A DNA stretch of 52,454 nucleotides, taken from an uncultured Candidatus Saccharibacteria bacterium. GTDB taxonomy: Bacteria > Patescibacteriota > Minisyncoccia > Phycocordibacterales > UBA9973. The DNA lies in the NCBI GenBank assembly GCA_964354985.1, contig CAYHBR010000005.1:1-52454 (forward strand), read 5' to 3'. This document shows positions 46,272 to 52,454 of this stretch, one piece after another. Each line of letters starts with the position of its first letter. The stretch's first letter is position 1. Below the pieces are notes generated by a model. It was not told the origin of the DNA, searched no databases, and was given only the letters and a program-made list of their open reading frames with translations. Made by a program: the position numbers and the translations under genes.

Positions 46272-46706
46272 CTATTCCAATTCTCCTTTTCTTAATTTTT
46301 TTGCATCTATATGCACTATGAAATTTATTTTTTTATCCGGCCCAAATTTGCAAATCTTTATTTGATCTGTAAAACCTTTTTTAACTTCAATAGTTGATTC
46401 AGCATAAGCCGGAATAACAATTTTAAATAAAGGATTTATGTCATTTTGAGTGGGCTCTGATAAATGATATCCCAAAATTATTTTTTGTTCATCATTGGTA
46501 TTCACAAATTTGTAATATTCTTTTTCATTTACGATATTTTTTATAAATATACCGTATTCTTCTGTGGAGTATACTTTTGTAGATCTAGAAAAATATATTC
46601 CAATAGTCAATACAAGTAATAATATTATAAATAAGGCTTTGCCGAATATGTTAACTTTTTTAAACATTTCGGGTGACTTATAAAGTGAGGGGGAGATTCT
46701 CTTCAT
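46272..46706 (-). CDS. hypothetical membrane-anchored protein
   Basis: Very AT-rich 144-aa ORF with one N-terminal TM helix (ALFIILLLVLTIGIYF). Confidence 0.65.
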   Translation of the reverse strand: MKRISPSLYKSPEMFKKVNIFGKALFIILLLVLTIGIYFSRSTKVYSTEEYGIFIKNIVNEKEYYKFVNTNDEQKIILGYHLSEPTQNDINPLFKIVIPAYAESTIEVKKGFTDQIKICKFGPDKKINFIVHIDAKKLRKGELE

Positions 46707-46843
46707 ATTTTTTTGTTTAATGACTTGTGTAAATTGTATATTGCCACAGATACCATGACTCTGTCAATGTGCCGTAATGTGTCATGAGCTTGTGCCTGCC
46801 AAAGCACTTGCCTACTTGTAAAATGCGTGCTATCTTTTAAGGC

Positions 46844-47071
46844 ATGTCAGCATACCAAGTTGAAGTTAAAAAGAATACCAACGAAAACAACGTAAGTCTC
46901 TTGCGCCGTTTTTCCCGTAAAATAATGGATACTCATATTATCCAAAACGTTAAGGGCAATCGCTACAACGAGAGAGCTCCCTCAAAACTAGCCACTAAAA
47001 ATGGTGCAATCCGAAAACTCAAGCGACGAGCAGAATACGAAAAGCTCAAGAAACTCGGAAAAGTCCAATAA
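46844..47071 (+). CDS. rpsU: 30S ribosomal protein S21 (divergent)
   Basis: VEVKKNTNEN..SLLRRFSRK...RYNERAPSK...basic helix, matching the bS21 pattern; lies upstream of ybeY. Confidence 0.8.
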   Translation: MSAYQVEVKKNTNENNVSLLRRFSRKIMDTHIIQNVKGNRYNERAPSKLATKNGAIRKLKRRAEYEKLKKLGKVQ

Positions 47072-47088
47072 TTGCATACTAAAACGCA

Positions 47089-47472
47089 ATGAAAGACGAG
47101 ACACTCGAAATTACGAATGAAACAAAAGGCAAGCTCCCGAGCTTGCCTTTTCTCGTTATTAAAAACACTATTTTGGGTAAAAAGTACGACTTGTCTATTG
47201 TTTACCTAAATCCTGCTAAAGCAAAAAAACTAAATGCCTCGTTTCGACAGAAAGATTACGCGACAGATATTTTGTCATTTCCGCTCTCAAAAATAAGTGG
47301 CGAAATTTTCCTTTGCCCCAAAATAATCTCAAAAAAGGCCGCGGAATTTGGAATGACTGAGAAAATATACAATAAATTTATAGTTATACACGGAATGCTT
47401 CATTTGAAAGGATACGAACATAGTAGTAGAATGGAACAAGCGGAAAAAAAATTCTTGAAACTTTTCTCGTAA
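47089..47472 (+). CDS. ybeY: rRNA maturation RNase YbeY
   Basis: LNASFRQKDYATDILSF, GEIFLC, IHGMLHLKGYEH. Confidence 0.96.
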   Translation: MKDETLEITNETKGKLPSLPFLVIKNTILGKKYDLSIVYLNPAKAKKLNASFRQKDYATDILSFPLSKISGEIFLCPKIISKKAAEFGMTEKIYNKFIVIHGMLHLKGYEHSSRMEQAEKKFLKLFS

Positions 47473-47521
47473 TCATTTTTTTGATTACAAATTTCAGTAG
47501 TTTTGTGCCGTCCCTTTTTAC

Positions 47522-48685
47522 ATGAACAGAAATATTACAGTTGGAATTGATGTCGGTACTTATGCAACTCGTGTTGCAGTTGCTGAACATATCAAAGGTG
47601 AACGCGCTCCGCGCATCATTGGTACAGGTACTACCCCTACTCGAGGTTTGCGCCACGGTTACATTACCAACATTGAACAAGCTACGAAAACTATTGAGAA
47701 AGCCCTTCACGAAGCCGAGAAAAATTCTGGTATAAAAATCAAGCGTGTTTTTGCAACAGTTGGTGGAATAGGTCTTGAGTCAGCAACTTCTTTAGGTAGT
47801 GCTGTTATTTCTAAAGCTGACGGCGAAGTTACTCAACTCGATATTCAAAAAGCTATTCAAACCGCCGAAGATAATCTTGAAATAAAAAATCGCCGTATTC
47901 TCCACCGCTTGCCTATTGGTTTTAAACTAGACGGGAAAAATCTACCTGGCCGACCTGAGCGAATCAAGGGCATGAAACTGGAAGTAAAAGTTCTATTTAT
48001 AACTTGTTTTGAACAACACCTTGAAGACTTACTAACTGCGATTTCTGATGCAGGTGTTGAAGTTATCGATGTGGTCGCAAGTCCTATTACTGCCGGGGAA
48101 GTTGCACTCACTGATAGAGATCGAAACATGGGATGTCTTCTTGTCGATATTGGTTCTGAAACTGTAACGATGGCAGTTTTTGAAGAAGGCTCTGTTGTTG
48201 CGCTGCGTGTTTTTGCGACCGGTTCTACTTATATTACAAACGATATCGCTCTTGGCATGAAGGTCTCTCTTGAAGAAGCTGAAGGTCTAAAGATTGGCTC
48301 AGTTATCGGAGCATATTCAAAAAAGAAATTGGATGAGATTATCGAAGCTCGTATAAAAGATATTTATTGGATTATTGATTCTTATCTTAAAAAAATAAAA
48401 CGCAGTGGACTCCTTCCAGCTGGTGTTGTTATTCTCGGTGGCGGTTCACACCTCAGCGTCATAGAGGAACTCGGCAAAGACGAACTCCGTTTGCCTTGTC
48501 GCATTGGTACGCCAGAAGCTTTTGCAAATACAAAAAATAAAATCCGAGATACGAGTTGGTTCCCAGTTCTAGGTCTTGTTATTCTTGGTAAAAACACACC
48601 GTTTCAATCCGGTGGTAATGTTAGCGATTTTTTCATTCGTCTAAAGAAATCTATCGGTAATTTACTAAAGCAGTTGATGCCGTAG
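47522..48685 (+). CDS. ftsA: cell division protein FtsA
   Basis: GIDVGT, GLRHGYI, VDIGSET, ITNDIA...AEGLK, LGGGS, and a C-terminal amphipathic helix; lies upstream of ftsZ. Confidence 0.96.
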   Translation: MNRNITVGIDVGTYATRVAVAEHIKGERAPRIIGTGTTPTRGLRHGYITNIEQATKTIEKALHEAEKNSGIKIKRVFATVGGIGLESATSLGSAVISKADGEVTQLDIQKAIQTAEDNLEIKNRRILHRLPIGFKLDGKNLPGRPERIKGMKLEVKVLFITCFEQHLEDLLTAISDAGVEVIDVVASPITAGEVALTDRDRNMGCLLVDIGSETVTMAVFEEGSVVALRVFATGSTYITNDIALGMKVSLEEAEGLKIGSVIGAYSKKKLDEIIEARIKDIYWIIDSYLKKIKRSGLLPAGVVILGGGSHLSVIEELGKDELRLPCRIGTPEAFANTKNKIRDTSWFPVLGLVILGKNTPFQSGGNVSDFFIRLKKSIGNLLKQLMP

Positions 48686-48875
48686 TAGACTTCCCTTTTT
48701 CTATGCGTCTGCTATGATACCTTTATACCCGCTCTCGGCGAGCATTTAACAGCAAGAATATGTCCTTTATTTATAAGCCTTTTGCAAGGTAATGCCATTG
48801 TCACGCCTGCATTATTTTTTTTACCAAGCAAATACCAAACTAAGTAAAAGACATTTTTAACACATTTATAAACAT

Positions 48876-50132
48876 ATGGCAAAAATCAACCCAGACATCG
48901 AAACATTCGCACGCATTAAGGTTATTGGTCTTGGTGGTTCAGGAAAAAACGCAATCAACCATATGATCAACAGCAAAGTCAAAGGTGTTGAGTTCATCGT
49001 TATGAACACTGATACACAAGACTTACACAATTCCCTTGCTGAAAAGAAAATTCACATAGGAAAAAATCTGACGAAAGGTCTTGGTGCCGGAATGAATCCA
49101 GATGTTGGAAAGCGCGCTGCCGAAGAAACTAAATCTGAAATACAAGATGTCATAAAAGGTTCTGATATGGTTTTCATTGCTTGTGGTCTTGGTGGTGGAA
49201 CAGGAACTGGTTCCGCTCCTATTGTTGCTCGCGCCGCAAAAGAGCAAGGAGTACTCACTGTTGGTGTAGTCACCAAGCCATTCTTTTTTGAAGGTGCGCA
49301 ACGAATGCGACTTGCGGAACAAGGTCTCGCCGAGCTTGAAAAAGAAGTTGATGCTATTATTGTTATCCCAAACGACCGCCTGCTCGCTATTGCCGGAAAA
49401 GATATGGGCTTCAAAGATGCCTTTATGCTCTGTGATGATGTTCTTCGTCAAGCAGTTGAAGGTATTTCCGAACTCATCACTCGCCCAGGTGAAGTCAATG
49501 TCGACTTTGCCGATATCAAAACTATCATGCATGACACTGGCACTGCTCTCATGGGTCTTGGTCGCGCTTCTGGCGACAATCGCGCTGAGCAAGCGGCAAT
49601 GCAGGCTATCAACTCGCCTCTCCTTGATGTTTCGATCAACGGTGCCAAGGGCGTGCTTTTTGCAATCTCTGGTGGCGACGATATTACATTCAACGAAGTC
49701 CAACGCGCTGCGACTATTGTCACTGAATCTATTGACAAAGAAGCTCGCGTTATCTGGGGTATGGTTCCAGACGATCGCCTCAAGAAAGGCGAAATGCAAG
49801 TTACTGTTATCGCTACTGGTTTTCCAAATGCCGAAGGAACAGTCAAGAAGTCACTTTTTATGAATCAGCCTATTTCAACCATGCAGCAACCTGTTGCTGA
49901 TAAAAAGACATCGACAATAGAAGAAAAGCGCGAAGATAAACGCGAAGATAAAAAGGACGATAAACGCGAAATCAATCACGCTCCACTCACTGCCAATAGT
50001 GGCGAATATGTTAAGAAAATTGAGCGTACAGAAAAGCCTGAAATCATCGACGAAACAGACGCTGAAAGCTTCGACGACGACCTCGATGAATGGAATGCGA
50101 TTCCGGCTTTCCTACGAAGAAAGAAGCAATAG
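48876..50132 (+). CDS. ftsZ: cell division protein FtsZ
   Basis: GLGGGTGTG tubulin signature, NTDTQ, VNVDFADIK, C-terminal IPAFLRRK. Confidence 0.99.
   Translation: MAKINPDIETFARIKVIGLGGSGKNAINHMINSKVKGVEFIVMNTDTQDLHNSLAEKKIHIGKNLTKGLGAGMNPDVGKRAAEETKSEIQDVIKGSDMVFIACGLGGGTGTGSAPIVARAAKEQGVLTVGVVTKPFFFEGAQRMRLAEQGLAELEKEVDAIIVIPNDRLLAIAGKDMGFKDAFMLCDDVLRQAVEGISELITRPGEVNVDFADIKTIMHDTGTALMGLGRASGDNRAEQAAMQAINSPLLDVSINGAKGVLFAISGGDDITFNEVQRAATIVTESIDKEARVIWGMVPDDRLKKGEMQVTVIATGFPNAEGTVKKSLFMNQPISTMQQPVADKKTSTIEEKREDKREDKKDDKREINHAPLTANSGEYVKKIERTEKPEIIDETDAESFDDDLDEWNAIPAFLRRKKQ
49926..49970 (+). repeat. imperfect 12-nt tandem repeat in the FtsZ linker (KRED KRED KKDD KRE)
   Basis: AAGCGCGAAGAT AAACGCGAAGAT AAAAAGGACGAT AAACGCGAA. 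Confidence 0.75.
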
Positions 50133-50165
50133 ACTAGAAAAATTAAAAATTTTCACGAAACCATT

Positions 50166-50198
50166 AGAAATTCCGCCACAATTGGCGGATTTCTTTTT
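50166..50198 (+). terminator. terminator after ftsZ
   Basis: TCCGCCA-CAAT-TGGCGGA followed by TTTCTTTTT. Confidence 0.8.
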
Positions 50199-50226
50199 AT
50201 TTACCTGAGATGCTAAAATATAACTT

Positions 50227-51177
50227 ATGTACGACTTAATTATCATCGGAGGAGGCCCTGGCGGTGTCGCAGCAGCAGTGTATGCGGCTCGCAAAAAACT
50301 TAACACACTTATCATAGCCAAAGAGTTTGGTGGTCAGTCAAACGTTTCTGAAAATATTGAAAACTGGATCGGTACCCCTTCTATTTCTGGCATGAAGCTT
50401 GCCGAAGACCTTCGCAACCACGCTTTTGCTTACAGCGGCAAGTCACTTACAATTTTAGAAGGCGAAAAAGTTGCGCATGTTGAACGCAAGGGTTCTGATT
50501 TTGCCGTGACCGTTGGAAGTCCCGACACTGACATAAGCACAGCTAATAATATTGTGTACAATACTAAAACTATTCTCGTTACTTCTGGCTCATACAGACG
50601 CAAACTCGAAGCCAAAGGCGCTGATCTATTCGAGAACAAAGGCATCACCTACTGCGCATCATGTGACGGCCCGATGTTTTCCGACCAAGATGTTGTAGTT
50701 ATAGGTGGTGGCAATGCCGCATTTGAGAGCGCTGCTCAGCTACTCGCCTACTGCAAATCTGTCACTCTCCTTTACCGAAGTGCGCAGTTTCGTGCCGACC
50801 AAGTTACAGTCGAAAAAGTTCTCGCCAACCCAAAGATGAAAAGCTTCACTAATGTAGAAATCGAAGAAGTCAAAGGCGACAAATTTGTTTCGAGTATTGT
50901 TTTCAAAAACAAAATTGACGGCACCGTTACCGAACTTCCGACAACTGGTGTTTTTGTTGAAATCGGTCAGTTGCCAAACACCTCTTTTATCAAAGACTTG
51001 CTGCCTATCAACGAAAGCAGCCACATCATCGTTGACCCCAAGACCCAACGAGCCGGTGTTCCAGGTGCCTGGGCCGCTGGCGACTGCACAGACGGTCTCT
51101 ACCACCAGAACAACATTGCGGTTGGTGACGCGGTCAAGGCAATCGAGGATCTCTATATTTATCTGCATAAACGGTAA
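50227..51177 (+). CDS. trxB: thioredoxin reductase / AhpF-like disulfide reductase
   Basis: IIGGGPGG, YCASCDG redox CxxC, VIGGGNAA, AAGDC. Confidence 0.93.
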   Translation: MYDLIIIGGGPGGVAAAVYAARKKLNTLIIAKEFGGQSNVSENIENWIGTPSISGMKLAEDLRNHAFAYSGKSLTILEGEKVAHVERKGSDFAVTVGSPDTDISTANNIVYNTKTILVTSGSYRRKLEAKGADLFENKGITYCASCDGPMFSDQDVVVIGGGNAAFESAAQLLAYCKSVTLLYRSAQFRADQVTVEKVLANPKMKSFTNVEIEEVKGDKFVSSIVFKNKIDGTVTELPTTGVFVEIGQLPNTSFIKDLLPINESSHIIVDPKTQRAGVPGAWAAGDCTDGLYHQNNIAVGDAVKAIEDLYIYLHKR

Positions 51178-51246
51178 ATTTTATCGCTCAGGTTGATTTT
51201 TTACATGGTATAATTGTATCCAAACTCGTTCCTAAACAATCAGACC

Positions 51247-52350
51247 ATGCCGATAAAATTCAACTCACCAAACAAGTCTTTTCAGGAAGACTTGCGAATA
51301 CTCTATGCCAATTTTTTCGAAAGAAAAAAGATCCGACCAACAGGTAATCGTGAATTGTATAAAAAAGCGATTATTTTTGGTATTTCTTGGATTGTGATTT
51401 ATACAGCCCTCGTACTTATTCCAACCAACAATTCGCCTACAATTTTCCTGTCAATTCTACTTTCAGTACTACTTGGCTGCACCAATGCCGGTATTGGTTT
51501 CAATATCATGCACGACGGTAACCACCGCAGTTTCAGTTCACAAAAATGGGTAAACAATCTCATGGGATTTACACTCAACTTTCTTGGTGGCAACGCAGCC
51601 CTCTGGAATATTAAGCATAATGTTGTTCACCACACCGCGACCAATGTCGCCGGTCACGATGACGACATTGCCGCTGGTCCGATTGCTCGTTTTCACCCAG
51701 ACCAAAAATGGAGACCGCATCATCGATTTCAATTTTTGTATGTGCCACTTATTGTATATCCGATACAATATTTACTTTGGATATATTTTCTGGATTTCGG
51801 AAAATATTTTAAAGGTGAAATATGTGGGGTGAAAATCAATTTTCACAAGCGAGAACGGTTAGTATTCTGGTTGAGTAAAATTATGCATATTGTGGTTTTT
51901 ATTTGTGTGCCACTACTTAATCATTCTTTGTATACTGTACTTATTGGATATGCGATTGTACTCGGCACAACAGGACTTCTCATTAGCACAATCTTCCAAC
52001 TTGCTCATGTTGTAACCCAGACCGCAATGGTGTCAGCTGTGAGAGACGTTCATGGCAACGACATCGTCGGAGAGAACAATAAAATTCACCAAGTCAGAAC
52101 GACTGCCAATTTTGCTACTCACAGTCAATTTTGGACATGGTTTAGTGGTGGTCTCAATTTCCAAGTTGAGCATCATTTATTCCCAGGAGTCTCGCATGTT
52201 CACTATCCCAAACTCCAACCATTTATTGTTGATTTATGTCGTAAGCACAACCTGCCTTACAATGAAAATCCAACATTTCTTTCGGCAGTCTGGAGTCACA
52301 TTGTGACACTTTGGTATTTTGGTAAAAAAAGATATAGCATCATTCATTAA
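51247..52350 (+). CDS. membrane fatty acid (acyl-CoA/acyl-lipid) desaturase, front-end type, no cytochrome b5 fusion
   Basis: Three His boxes (HDGNH, HNVVHH, QVEHH), GGLNFQ and several TM helices. ATG 51247 is preferred over TTG 51214. Confidence 0.94.
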   Translation: MPIKFNSPNKSFQEDLRILYANFFERKKIRPTGNRELYKKAIIFGISWIVIYTALVLIPTNNSPTIFLSILLSVLLGCTNAGIGFNIMHDGNHRSFSSQKWVNNLMGFTLNFLGGNAALWNIKHNVVHHTATNVAGHDDDIAAGPIARFHPDQKWRPHHRFQFLYVPLIVYPIQYLLWIYFLDFGKYFKGEICGVKINFHKRERLVFWLSKIMHIVVFICVPLLNHSLYTVLIGYAIVLGTTGLLISTIFQLAHVVTQTAMVSAVRDVHGNDIVGENNKIHQVRTTANFATHSQFWTWFSGGLNFQVEHHLFPGVSHVHYPKLQPFIVDLCRKHNLPYNENPTFLSAVWSHIVTLWYFGKKRYSIIH

Positions 52351-52357
52351 AGTCAGA

Positions 52358-52387
52358 AGCTCAGACATTTATTCTGGGCTTTTTTTA
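52358..52387 (+). terminator. terminator after the desaturase
   Basis: AGCTCAGA...TCTGGGCT hairpin (one G-U pair) plus a T-tract. Confidence 0.6.
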
Positions 52388-52454
52388 TTTATGTGTTACT
52401 GTGAATGTTTGACAAAAGTGTATTTTAAGTTATTGTATAAGAAACTACATTACA

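Noticed and set aside
46715-46815. Short repeats (ATGAC, AATGTG twice, TGCC) upstream of rpsU as a CRISPR remnant or operator array
   Set aside because: The units are only 4-6 nt and irregularly spaced, with no repeat-spacer periodicity or cas genes.

Overview
This 52.5-kb window is a gene-dense, AT-rich core-genome segment that reads with the standard bacterial code. It is most likely from a Patescibacteria/CPR (Parcubacteria-like) bacterium. That assignment is inferred from the short AlaRS, degenerate PriA and HolB, the sigma4/HARE-HTH protein, the FtsA-like plus baseplate-J-like pair and the scarcity of Shine-Dalgarno sites. Contents in order: the F0F1 ATP synthase operon (atpZ/I-B-E-F-H-A-G-D) interrupted by three unrelated genes; tRNA-Ile(GAT); prfA, rpmE, a lytic transglycosylase and rplY; a sugar-phosphate cluster (FAD oxidoreductase, class I aldolase, PfkB kinase, split transketolase, rpe, rpiB, gap); gatB; the infA-rpmJ-alpha-rplM-rpsI operon; alaS, pepF, mgtC, mnmA, mltG, typA, rseP, frr, mreB, priA, rpsU, ybeY, ftsA, ftsZ, trxB and a fatty-acid desaturase. 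I found no CRISPR array, rRNA gene, transposase or integrase. The best leads are a stand-alone HTH-HTH-sigma4-alphaCTD protein with a palindrome over its own -35 box, a promoter- and terminator-bounded ~120-nt candidate small RNA, the genes inserted in the atp operon, a GC-rich hairpin inserted in frame in atpA, pervasive leaderless-type promoters, a possible ftsZ attenuator and the desaturase. All calls come from motif recognition by eye; no searches were run.
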